From assembly GCA_030055575.1 (NCBI GenBank), contig JASFYL010000002.1, positions 1,780 to 65,779 on the forward strand: a stretch of 64,000 nucleotides of DNA. Direction: 5' to 3'. The position numbers and the translations under genes are program-made. This document shows positions 18,726-27,546 of this stretch, one piece after another. Origin of the DNA: Thermoproteota archaeon (GTDB lineage Archaea > Thermoproteota > Methanomethylicia > Methanomethylicales > Methanomethylicaceae). Under the pieces are notes generated by a model. The model made no database searches. It had not been told where the DNA came from and saw nothing but the letters and a program-made list of their open reading frames with translations. The first letter of the stretch is position 1. Each line of letters opens with the position of its first letter.

Positions 18726-19804
18726 TGCGCAGCCTCCTCCCTCAGCGCCTGACCGAGTATAGACCTGCGGATCTGCTTCTTCTCTCCGAGCGAGACCTGG
18801 TGTGCGTCCCTCTCCGCCACGACATAGTCGTAGCCCAGAGACTTCAGGTTGGAGACCGCCCTAGATCCAACGCTCACTGCAACGGTCTTCATGACCCCTT
18901 CGACCGCTACTGCGTGGGGGATGCCAGAGATTACTGCAAGATCGGGAGGATCCCGGACGAGAAGCTCCTTTGCTCGCTCCCCAGAAATGGGGTACTCGTC
19001 TATCCCGCCCGTGATTGAGTCGACCACAACACCCTCCGCCTCGAACTCCTCCAAGATCTTGACCGAGTAGGAGCGGACCCTCGGCAGACCTACCTTTGGA
19101 TCCAGGTTCGCCAGAACGCGGAGGCTTCCACCGAACCTCCTCCTGGCGGATGCTAGTGCGAGGGCTAGATCTGCGTAGAGGAAGGAAGTCTCCTTCTTTG
19201 CGTTGAGTACAAAGGCGACCTCACCCCCGGAGGCGAAGGTCTCGATAAGCTTCTTCGCGATCTCCTTCGGCCTGTCTCCGGGCCAGTTCTCTATGTACTC
19301 GGACCTTGCGGTCCCGCGCTCCCGCTCGAGGCGGGTAGCCCGCTCGAGCATAAACCTCTGCCTGTTGAACTCCTCGTCGGATATGAGGCCCATTTCCCGT
19401 GCCTCCCGGAGCACGGCAATCGCCCCCACGGTGTTGTCCCCTGAGCCGCCGTGGACATTGCAGCAGATCGTCTTGTTGAGGAGGCCGGCGTCCCTAGCTG
19501 CCTTCTTAAGATCCTCACCGATTATCATGCTAGCGCAGCTGCCCACGAGACCTATCAGCCTCGGGCTGAACATCTCATCGACCCTCTTCAAGACCTTCGA
19601 GAGCTTCCCCTCGCTACCGAAGACTAAGTCGTCCTCAAGGAGCGCGCTCGTCACCACGCGAACACCGTCCCTCTCGAGGAGCCTCGCGGGTCTAAAGCAG
19701 CACCCCGAGGGACCGTGCAGCACTATAGTGTCGGCATCCAAATCCCTTAGGGTGTACATGGCGGCGGCAACCGGGCTCGGCCTAGGGTGGATTATCACCG
19801 ACAT
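18722..19804 (-). CDS. cfbD: Ni-sirohydrochlorin a,c-diamide reductive cyclase, NifD/E-like component
   Basis: 360 aa. The N-terminus IIHPRPSPVAAAMYTLRDL...LHGPSGCC is typical of methanogen nitrogenase-component-1-like CfbD. Overlaps cfbC by 4 nt. Confidence 0.8.
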   Translation of the reverse strand: MSVIIHPRPSPVAAAMYTLRDLDADTIVLHGPSGCCFRPARLLERDGVRVVTSALLEDDLVFGSEGKLSKVLKRVDEMFSPRLIGLVGSCASMIIGEDLKKAARDAGLLNKTICCNVHGGSGDNTVGAIAVLREAREMGLISDEEFNRQRFMLERATRLERERGTARSEYIENWPGDRPKEIAKKLIETFASGGEVAFVLNAKKETSFLYADLALALASARRRFGGSLRVLANLDPKVGLPRVRSYSVKILEEFEAEGVVVDSITGGIDEYPISGERAKELLVRDPPDLAVISGIPHAVAVEGVMKTVAVSVGSRAVSNLKSLGYDYVVAERDAHQVSLGEKKQIRRSILGQALREEAAH

Positions 19805-19805
19805 A

Positions 19806-21089
19806 CTACATGCGCTCCAGCCTTAGGGTTGGCTCTAAATCACCAGGCACATTCCGATAAACTACCCCCCTCTGGATGAGTGGTGCGAGCGCATCGCCGA
19901 ATTCCCCAAAGAACGAAACCTTGGAGAAGGGGCTCGAGTTTATCTCCTCTGCGACTCCCCGAGGGTCTGCAGATCCGCAAGTAGTCTTCAGTCTCCCTCC
20001 GATCTCTAGCCTTGAGGCTGGGAAGATCTCAAGGTAGTCAGCGATGCTCGCCCTAGCCGCCTTGGCTCCGATGGACGCGCTCGAATTCACAACGAGCGGG
20101 GGGGACTCCCTCTCCAGAACCATCTTCCTCCCGAACACCTCTTTGGGTATGACCGCGCGAGTAGCGTCTAGCCCGAAATAAGCTGCGATCGAAGCCCCGA
20201 CCAGAAGGTTCTCGACGTGCTGCCTCCCGATCGGTCCGCGCTCCGTTTCGATCTTCACCTCGAACTCCACCGGACCGCGCATCGACCTGAATCCGGAGAA
20301 CTCTGCATCCATAGAGATCCCAGAGGGGGAGAGGCGCACATTCTTGGCCTTCACCTCCGCGGGTGAGCCCTTTGGAGAAAACCTCTGAGTGCCCGCTATG
20401 GAAGAGAGCTTTTCGTCGTCATAATTCACCAGAACCGTCGAGGATCCTTTCCTGTCATTCACCATGGATAACTTTGCCTTGAGCGCGGATGAGGTGCCCT
20501 TGGCGATCGGATAGTCATCGTAGACGTTTTTGATTATCCCCAAGTCCGCTAGCCCTGTGCCTCCGAGCGAAAGCTCGAATATTGCCAAGTCTGGCTTACC
20601 GGGCGCATGGTTAAGGGCCCTGATTATGTTTGCAGGGGCTGCGCTGACCCCGGTCTCCAGGATCTTGGTCTTGCCGGCCTCGGTGAATGTGGTGCCCCTG
20701 CTGGTTAGTGAAAGGATGGTGCGATCCTCGCCCAGCAAGGATATCGCGCAGAGCGCTGCAGTCGTCTTGCCGAAGCTCCCAGTTATCTCGACTACGGGGA
20801 AGTTTATCCTGCGCTCCACGAGCATCCTGACTGCCTGGTGATGCGTGATCGTCCTCTTTTCCATTCCAAGGAACTCGTGGAGCGGGTAGTGCACAGGTCG
20901 GACTATGAGGTCGAAGTCCGACGGATCGGGCATGGAACGCTCCACCCTGAACTTCTTTGAGTGCCTCTCGAGCTGCTCCCTTGTTAGCGTCCTGTGCACA
21001 TCCACGCAGGTGACCTCCTCACCTCTCTCCAAAAATGCCTCGGAGAGAGTTATGCCACCGTGGGTCGCGTCGACGACTAGAACCTTCAA
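19806..21089 (-). CDS. cfbE: Coenzyme F430 synthetase (MurD-like ligase)
   Basis: Mur-ligase P-loop ITGSFGKTT, 427 aa, operon context between cfbA and cfbD. Confidence 0.8.
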   Translation of the reverse strand: MKVLVVDATHGGITLSEAFLERGEEVTCVDVHRTLTREQLERHSKKFRVERSMPDPSDFDLIVRPVHYPLHEFLGMEKRTITHHQAVRMLVERRINFPVVEITGSFGKTTAALCAISLLGEDRTILSLTSRGTTFTEAGKTKILETGVSAAPANIIRALNHAPGKPDLAIFELSLGGTGLADLGIIKNVYDDYPIAKGTSSALKAKLSMVNDRKGSSTVLVNYDDEKLSSIAGTQRFSPKGSPAEVKAKNVRLSPSGISMDAEFSGFRSMRGPVEFEVKIETERGPIGRQHVENLLVGASIAAYFGLDATRAVIPKEVFGRKMVLERESPPLVVNSSASIGAKAARASIADYLEIFPASRLEIGGRLKTTCGSADPRGVAEEINSSPFSKVSFFGEFGDALAPLIQRGVVYRNVPGDLEPTLRLERM

Positions 21090-21496
21090 AGTCCAGCCCC
21101 CGATGCCTCGCGGATGCGATCCTTTATAATCTCGAGGATGCGATCATCCGTGCCGAGGGGCATGCCATAGAAGACCTTTATCTCCCGCCCCCCAGCCATG
21201 ATTGCGCCGCTCCTCGAGTCTGCAGGCAAACCTAGCAGCTCAGGTATGTCACGGTCGACATGTATCCCCCGCGTCAGGAAGACAGGCTGGACGACCAGCT
21301 CGTCGACCCCGGACCTCGAAGCGTCCTCCAATGCAGAGAGGATGTTGGGCTGGTCGATCTGTATGAAAGCATAGCCCACATATCCGTACTCCCCCCTGAG
21401 GCTCTCGGCAAAGCATCTCACGGCCTCTCTGTTGTAAGGCTCCTTGCTACCGTGCCCGACAAGCAGCACCCCTACATTTTTCTTTCCATCATTCAT
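21086..21496 (-). CDS. cfbA: Sirohydrochlorin nickel/cobalt chelatase, small CbiX type
   Basis: 136 aa, LLVGHGSKEPYN motif of CbiX(S). Overlaps cfbE by 4 nt. Confidence 0.8.
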   Translation of the reverse strand: MNDGKKNVGVLLVGHGSKEPYNREAVRCFAESLRGEYGYVGYAFIQIDQPNILSALEDASRSGVDELVVQPVFLTRGIHVDRDIPELLGLPADSRSGAIMAGGREIKVFYGMPLGTDDRILEIIKDRIREASGAGL

Positions 21497-21875
21497 TTTG
21501 GATCACCTTCAAGACTGGAGAATCCAGCGGCGCAGCGTATGCCATAATTTTCCCACCATCAATACTGTTAGATTCCTTGTTATCGATACTACCGAACGAC
21601 AAGGCGATGGAGCCAGCTCGCAAGGGGAGGCTTTGACACCTGAGGCGGCAGATCGGGCGCCATTCATTAACTCCAGCCTTCTCCCGCTCATTACCGGAGC
21701 GTAACTTTCGGGTCCTAGCCCCTCGCAAGTACCAAGACATGATCCTTCCAGAGCATCCATCCCCTTGCCGCGAAATAGGGAATAAGGACTGAGACACAGA
21801 CAGTTTGTCCAGACTCAGGATCATCGCCTTGAGATCCAAACAACCTACCATTCTAGCAACCACCGCCTTGCGCAT
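21489..21875 (-). CDS. Hypothetical protein (128 aa) filling the hemA-cfbA gap
   Basis: The ORF starts 1 nt after the hemA stop codon. Its stop codon overlaps the cfbA start region (ATGAATGA). Basic and Cys-containing, with no recognisable family. Competing ORFs exist in other frames. Confidence 0.35.
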   Translation of the reverse strand: MRKAVVARMVGCLDLKAMILSLDKLSVSQSLFPISRQGDGCSGRIMSWYLRGARTRKLRSGNEREKAGVNEWRPICRLRCQSLPLRAGSIALSFGSIDNKESNSIDGGKIMAYAAPLDSPVLKVIQNE

Positions 21876-21876
21876 G

Positions 21877-23055
21877 TCATTTTAACCTTATCTTCCCTTC
21901 CACTAATGGCATCAGGAGGTCTCGCATCAGCGCATAAGAGAACTCCTCTAAGACCCTCCTCTGGTTCTCAGTGAACTCGCCCCTCCTGAAGGCGATCTCC
22001 AGCGATTGCCGTCTCCTCACTTCTGCCCAACGCATAATTTCGGCAACCCGCACATTCCGCCCCACTGAGTCGAGCTTCTTGACCAAGGCGGAGAGGGAGG
22101 CCTCGGCAATCATCTTTGCCTTGTTGACTGCCTCCATCCTCGCCTCTTGGTTCTCCATTGCGATCTTTGTGAGCCTCTCCAGGTCCAAGAGACGGATATT
22201 TTGCAATTCTCCGATGCGCTCATCTACCCCTCTGGGGTTTGAGACATCCACGATCAAGAGGCTCCTTACGCATCCTGCAGACTCAAGGTCCTCCTTAGTG
22301 AGTACCAAGTGCGGCGAGGATGTCGCGCATATGATCGCGTCTGCCTCAGCGATTGTGCTCCTAAGCCTGTCGAAACGGACTGCTCTGCCACCCACATCTG
22401 CCGCGAGCTTCTCTGCGCGTTCAAAAGTCCTGTTGGCTATGAAGACGGTCGGAGTGCCCTTTTTCGGTAGCGACTTTGCGACGATAGAGCCGATCTTGCC
22501 TGCCCCGATAATCACGAGCTTCTTACCGTCGATGGTGCCGAGCTCTTCAATTATGGACTTGACGACCAGGTTCCCTATCGATACCGAACCCCGACAGATC
22601 TCGGTCTTGCTCCTGACCCTCCTCCCGGCGTTTAGTGCGGTCCTGAAGAGGAGCATCGTCGCTCTGCCTACAGAGCCGCATGCCTCAGCTATCCTTAGGC
22701 TTTCCTCGACTTGGTGTAGTATTTCGTTCTCTCCGAGGATGATTGACTCCAGCCCGCAGGCCAAGTAGATCAGATGCCTAGCGGCGTCCTCGCCGGCAAA
22801 TGTATCGGAATACATCTCAATTGGATAAGGGCTTCCCGTCGCAGCCTTCAGGAACTTCTTCAGGACGTCCCCATCCACGCGCTCCCCGAGGACATAAAGC
22901 TCGACCCTATGGCAGGTCTGTACGATCACGCACTCCAAGGCGCCGATCCTAGTGAGGGCGTCTAGCGAGGCGGGTATGTCCTTCAGCATCAGCGTCTCTA
23001 GAACCCTTACCGGCGCTTTCTTATGGCTCACCGATAGGCAGAGTATGGACGGCAT
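21877..23055 (-). CDS. hemA: Glutamyl-tRNA reductase
   Basis: Catalytic motif VQTCHRVELY and NADPH motif IIGAGKIGS. Start placed at MPSILCLSVSHKKAP, because the 24 codons upstream are an AT-rich promoter-like sequence. Confidence 0.9.
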   Translation of the reverse strand: MPSILCLSVSHKKAPVRVLETLMLKDIPASLDALTRIGALECVIVQTCHRVELYVLGERVDGDVLKKFLKAATGSPYPIEMYSDTFAGEDAARHLIYLACGLESIILGENEILHQVEESLRIAEACGSVGRATMLLFRTALNAGRRVRSKTEICRGSVSIGNLVVKSIIEELGTIDGKKLVIIGAGKIGSIVAKSLPKKGTPTVFIANRTFERAEKLAADVGGRAVRFDRLRSTIAEADAIICATSSPHLVLTKEDLESAGCVRSLLIVDVSNPRGVDERIGELQNIRLLDLERLTKIAMENQEARMEAVNKAKMIAEASLSALVKKLDSVGRNVRVAEIMRWAEVRRRQSLEIAFRRGEFTENQRRVLEEFSYALMRDLLMPLVEGKIRLK

Positions 23056-23240
23056 CAGGCTATCTTGACTGGGTTTTTTATTTATTACTTTGGTTTCATA
23101 TGAAAAGAGGGCGATTGAAGCCTCCAATGCGCCGATGCTGCGATCGTCATTCTCAGAAGCACCCCATATTTTACATGAAAGTGTAAAAAAGCCTTAAAAA
23201 GGGTCTGGCAAATATACGCATATATTGATAAGGGGTTCTC

Positions 23241-24713
23241 ATGCTCGGGGAGAAGTGTGGGGTCTACAGCGTAGTGTCAACGGGCGAAGGTGACGCATTT
23301 GTACCGCTCTACTGGGGGCTGGTCGCGCAGAACCATAGGGGACACGAGTCGTACGGTTTCCTGACATACTCGGACGGGCTGAAGAGATACGTTGACCTTG
23401 GTCTCGTCCCCAGGATCGAGAGGGAGGAGATCCTGAGGTGGCAGATGCTCCTGCCCGGGAAGCGGGGGGTAGCGCATGTCAGGTACGGAACCTCCGGTAA
23501 GAGGGATGTCTACTCGCACCTAAAGGACGCGCAGCCGATGGTGGTCTCACAGGGCAGGTCGAAGCTCGGACTGGCTTTCAACGGAAACCTCGTCAACATC
23601 GGCTGGCTGAGGGGGCTGCTCGCCGGGAAGGTCCCCAAGATGAAGGCAACATCGGACACAGAGCTCCTTTGCAGGTACATGGCATTAAAGGCAAACGGCG
23701 GCATTATGGAAGCCATAAGGTCCTGCATGGAGGAGGTGGAGGGGGCGTACTCTGTCGTCGGGCTCAGGTCCAACGGCGAGCTCTTCGTATTCCGGGACCC
23801 GCTTGGGATAAGACCGCTATGTATTGGGAGGAGTAAAGATGGCACCATCACGGCAGTCTCCTCCGAGACTGTCGGCCTGGACATCAACTCGTTCAGTCTG
23901 ATCGGCGAGGTGGAGCCGGGCGAGGCAATAGTCTTCGGAACAAACGGAAACGGCATGGTGGAGAGGGAGAGGCTCGCCAAGTGCCCAAGGCGTGCCCTCT
24001 GCGGCTTCGAGCTCTCTTACTTCAGCAGACCTGACTCGTTGATCAACGGCAAACCAGTCTACAAGACGAGGGAGGAGTTCGGCAGGAACCTCGGGAAGCG
24101 GTACCAAGAGTACGTCAGGAAGGCGGACCTTATTGTGAGCATACCAGAAACGGCAGAGGACGCGGCGTATGGGCTCCACGAGGAAACTGGGCTCAGGTGG
24201 GAGAGGGCGCTGAGGAGGCACAGGTTCGTCACCCACAGAGCATTCATACTCGAATCTGAGGATCGCAAGGTAACGATAGACAGGAAGATAAACATAGGAG
24301 ACGGGGAGCTCAGGGGGAAGAGGATCATCGTCGTCGAGGACAGCATCGTCAGGGGCGACACTACGAAGACGATAATCGGGAAGCTAAGAGAGAGAGGCGC
24401 CGAAGAGGTCTACATGTTCGTCACCTTCCCGAGGATAACGCATCCGTGCTTCTACGGAATCGACATGGCTACGTTCACAGAGCTGATAGGGTTCAGGAAT
24501 GACGAGGCGGCTATTGCGAAGCAGATCGGCGCCGACGCGGTCTGCTACCAGCCCCTCGAGGACTTTGTGAGGGCGACTGGGATCGGGGCCGAGAACCTCT
24601 GCATGGCCTGCGTCACTGGAAGATACCCGACCGAGTTAGCCCAGAGGATAGCGGACAGCGTGAAGCCCAAGGTCGGCAACGATGGTAAAAGGATCTATGA
24701 ACTTGAGGCATGA
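23241..24713 (+). CDS. purF: Amidophosphoribosyltransferase (short propeptide, N-terminal nucleophile Cys)
   Basis: MLGEK-CGVYSV N-terminus, GVAHVRY, NGNLVN, SDTE, PRTase motif VVEDSIVRGDT, and C-terminal Cys ligands (HPCFYGID...CMACVTGRYP). Confidence 0.9.
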   Translation: MLGEKCGVYSVVSTGEGDAFVPLYWGLVAQNHRGHESYGFLTYSDGLKRYVDLGLVPRIEREEILRWQMLLPGKRGVAHVRYGTSGKRDVYSHLKDAQPMVVSQGRSKLGLAFNGNLVNIGWLRGLLAGKVPKMKATSDTELLCRYMALKANGGIMEAIRSCMEEVEGAYSVVGLRSNGELFVFRDPLGIRPLCIGRSKDGTITAVSSETVGLDINSFSLIGEVEPGEAIVFGTNGNGMVERERLAKCPRRALCGFELSYFSRPDSLINGKPVYKTREEFGRNLGKRYQEYVRKADLIVSIPETAEDAAYGLHEETGLRWERALRRHRFVTHRAFILESEDRKVTIDRKINIGDGELRGKRIIVVEDSIVRGDTTKTIIGKLRERGAEEVYMFVTFPRITHPCFYGIDMATFTELIGFRNDEAAIAKQIGADAVCYQPLEDFVRATGIGAENLCMACVTGRYPTELAQRIADSVKPKVGNDGKRIYELEA

Positions 24714-24739
24714 TAAATGACGGAGTGGGGTATTAGAGG

Positions 24740-26053
24740 ATGGCAGGAATAATCGGCATATACCTCTTCGACAAGAGGTGGAACGCATACAACTTCGGGG
24801 TCTTCGGGCTCATGGCACTCCAGCACAGGGGTCAGGAGACCGCGGGGATCGAGATATTTAACGGGACCCGCCAGAAGATTACAGGGAACGGGCTGGCAGA
24901 ACAGGTCTTCAATTCTGTGAGCGGCAAGGGGAACATCCTGATCGGCGGAGTCTCGCCCTATCCGGCTGAGGAGGCGGAAGTGCTTCCCATTACACTGACG
25001 AGCAGGGTTTCGGCGTGCGTAGACGGAAGGATCACATCGATAGACGGATACAGCTGGGATCCAAGGATGAGGTACGAGGCAAACCTAAGGCGCGCTTACG
25101 AAATGCTCGAGTCTGGATCGGATGGTCTCGATGCGATGAAGGACTTCTTCGGAAGGTGCAAGGGGGGCTTCTCATACATATCAGCCAATGGGAGGGGCGA
25201 GGTGCTCGCCGGCAGGGGCAGCCTCGGCGTCAAGCCCCTCGTCCTCGGGAAGATGGGGTTCGATGGAGGCATAGTCGCCTCTGAAAGCTGCGTCATGGAC
25301 ATAATCGGCGAGAGGGTACCGATAAGCCCAGCGGAGAACATAGAGCCTGGCGATGCAATGTTATTTTCCCCGTTGTCGGCACACTCAGAGAGGATCCAAG
25401 AGGGCAACAGGCGGACCTACTGTATATTCGAGTACGTGTACTTGGCGCGCCCAGACTCCTACATAAACGACGTCCCAGTCTACAGGGTGAGGCGGGAGAT
25501 TGGGAAGAGGCTGGCCCATGAGGGCAGCGTCGACGCTGATGTGGTGATCGGGGTTCCTGAGACGGCGGTGCCTTTCGCGATGGCATATTCCAATGAAACA
25601 GGGATCCCTGTCGAGAAGGGTTTCGAGCTCACGGGGAGGAGGATAAGGAGCGCGATGAAGCCGAACCAAGTCGAGAGGCTGAAGGGAGTCCAGCTCAAAT
25701 TGAACGTAATAAGCGAGGCGGTGAGAGGGAAGCGCGTTGTGCTAATAGACGACAGCGTCGTCCGAGGTAACACCCTCGCCAACATCGTCTACCTGATGAA
25801 GGAGAAGGGGGCCAAGGAGATCCACGTGAGAATAGGCAGTCCCCACATCGTCTCGCACTGCCCCTTCGGAGTCGAGGTGCCGGGCGAGGACGAACTGATC
25901 GGCAGGCACCTCAGCGAGGAAAAGATAGCTGAGGTCGTAGGTGCTGACTCATTCAAGTACCTGAGCCTCGAGGGGCTAGTCGAGGCGACTGGGCTTGGAA
26001 AGGAGGAGTTCTGCACGGGCTGCTTCAGCGGGGTGTACCCGGAGGGGGTCTGA
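24740..26053 (+). CDS. Amidophosphoribosyltransferase paralog lacking the catalytic Cys1 (degenerate glutaminase domain, intact PRTase domain)
   Basis: N-terminus MAGIIGIY where MCG is expected. LMALQHRGQETAGI is retained, but the HVRY/NGNLVN/SDTE-type motifs are absent. PRTase motif VVLIDDSVVRGNT and the C-terminal Cys residues are present. Confidence 0.8.
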   Translation: MAGIIGIYLFDKRWNAYNFGVFGLMALQHRGQETAGIEIFNGTRQKITGNGLAEQVFNSVSGKGNILIGGVSPYPAEEAEVLPITLTSRVSACVDGRITSIDGYSWDPRMRYEANLRRAYEMLESGSDGLDAMKDFFGRCKGGFSYISANGRGEVLAGRGSLGVKPLVLGKMGFDGGIVASESCVMDIIGERVPISPAENIEPGDAMLFSPLSAHSERIQEGNRRTYCIFEYVYLARPDSYINDVPVYRVRREIGKRLAHEGSVDADVVIGVPETAVPFAMAYSNETGIPVEKGFELTGRRIRSAMKPNQVERLKGVQLKLNVISEAVRGKRVVLIDDSVVRGNTLANIVYLMKEKGAKEIHVRIGSPHIVSHCPFGVEVPGEDELIGRHLSEEKIAEVVGADSFKYLSLEGLVEATGLGKEEFCTGCFSGVYPEGV

Positions 26054-27532
26054 ATGAAGGTCTTGCTCGTGGGCGGGGGCGGTAGGGAACACGCAATCGC
26101 AAGGTCGCTAGCGAAGAGTTCACACTGTCCGAAGGTCTTCTGCATCTCCGAGCTGATCAACCCAGGGATAAAGAAGATCGTCACCGGAAGCGGGGGGGAG
26201 TACTTCAGGGGCGACACGAACGACCCGTCCTCTGTGCTGGGGGCAGCAAAGAAGTGCAGCCCGGACTTCGTCTTCGTTGGTCCAGAAGAGCCGAACTTCC
26301 ACGGAATACCCGACGCGCTCGAGGCACAGAGCATACCCTGCATAGGGGCTAGCAGGGAGGTGGCCGAGCTCGAGCTCTCCAAGGCAAGCATGAGGGACTT
26401 GCAGTGGAAGCACCGCATCCCAGGGAGACTATGGTACAAGAAATTCAAGACGTTTGAAGAGGCCATACCCTACATAGAGGAATACGCGGAGAGCGTTGCG
26501 CTCAAGCCGGCGAGGCAGGCGGGCGGAAAGGGGGTGAAGGTGATAGAGGACTTTCAAGTCTACCTCCAGAATGAGAAGAGGAAGGTCAAGAAGGAGCACG
26601 CTGAGTCCATAGTCAACGAGTACATGAAGGGCTACGATGACATCGAGTACAAGCTCCTCATCGAGGAGAGGGTCTGGGGCCCCGAGTACACAGTCCAGTG
26701 CTTCACGGACGGCAGGACTGTCGTACCGATGCCTGCGGTCCAAGACAACAAACACGCGTTTGACGGGGATCTCGGGCCAGAGACGGGTGGAATGGGCTCT
26801 ATATCCTGCTGCATGAACCTGCGATATGGCGTCGAGGACGATCGGGCGGTGATTACCGAGGAGGAGTTCGCCCGTTCTGCAGAGATCGTCAAGATGATGA
26901 TCGATGCCATACAGAAGGAGACCGGCAAGAGGTACCACGGCATCGCAGCGGGGCAGATGATGCTCACTTCGGTCTGGGGACCCACCGTGATCGAGATGTA
27001 CTCGAGGCTGGGGGATCCTGAGGCGGCGAACGTGCTGACTATGCTTAAGACCGACCTAGTGGACATATGCGAGGCCATAATCTGCGAGAGCCTGAACGCA
27101 ATGAAAGTCGAGTTCGAGGATGAGGCGGTGGTCGTCAAGGCAGTCTGTCCAGAGGGGTATCCCGACCAGAGGAACCTTGCCAAGGGTCACCCAGTCAGAG
27201 CCACGAGGGAGGACGGAGGGATACTCTGGGCCTCAGCTGAGGAGGCTGGAAGCAGCGCAGTTACGGGTGGATCCAGGGTGGTCGAGTGCATCGGAACTGG
27301 GGACACGCTCCCGGAGGCGAGCGCGAAGGCCGAGGAGCTCTGCAAGAGCATCTCATTGGAAGATGGATGGAAACTCTTCCACAGGAGTGACATCGGAACC
27401 GAGAAGTCTGTGCTGAGGAGGATCCAGCTAGGCAAAATGGCACGGGAGATATACCAGTACAGGGAGAGGAGGGGGCTGCTCGGGAAGAGGATGATCTGGA
27501 TACCGGGAAAGGGACTTATGGAGGTAGGTTAA
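26054..27532 (+). CDS. purD: Phosphoribosylamine-glycine ligase
   Basis: MKVLLVGGGGREHAIA N-terminus and ATP-grasp core. The start abuts the stop of the preceding gene. Confidence 0.9.
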   Translation: MKVLLVGGGGREHAIARSLAKSSHCPKVFCISELINPGIKKIVTGSGGEYFRGDTNDPSSVLGAAKKCSPDFVFVGPEEPNFHGIPDALEAQSIPCIGASREVAELELSKASMRDLQWKHRIPGRLWYKKFKTFEEAIPYIEEYAESVALKPARQAGGKGVKVIEDFQVYLQNEKRKVKKEHAESIVNEYMKGYDDIEYKLLIEERVWGPEYTVQCFTDGRTVVPMPAVQDNKHAFDGDLGPETGGMGSISCCMNLRYGVEDDRAVITEEEFARSAEIVKMMIDAIQKETGKRYHGIAAGQMMLTSVWGPTVIEMYSRLGDPEAANVLTMLKTDLVDICEAIICESLNAMKVEFEDEAVVVKAVCPEGYPDQRNLAKGHPVRATREDGGILWASAEEAGSSAVTGGSRVVECIGTGDTLPEASAKAEELCKSISLEDGWKLFHRSDIGTEKSVLRRIQLGKMAREIYQYRERRGLLGKRMIWIPGKGLMEVG

Positions 27533-27546
27533 CAGGAGGGGTAAAA

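Noticed and set aside
21497-21876. A structured RNA (RNase P, SRP RNA or riboswitch) in the hemA-cfbA spacer. This included a 9-bp long-range complement, GCAAGGGGA (21620-21628) with TCCCCTTGC (21760-21768).
   Set aside because: - No GGAAAGUCC-type or SRP helix-8 motifs are present.
- A single 9-bp complement within 380 nt is close to chance expectation, roughly one in four by my estimate.
- The end-to-end ORF is the simpler explanation. It is kept as an open alternative in the findings.
21971-22768. A 265-aa plus-strand ORF.
   Set aside because: It is antisense to hemA, and the Ser/Leu/Ala-rich translation has no motifs. The same reasoning applies to 25789-26466, 30322-30966, 35213-35785, 51079-51837, 61455-62258 and many shorter antisense ORFs in the track.
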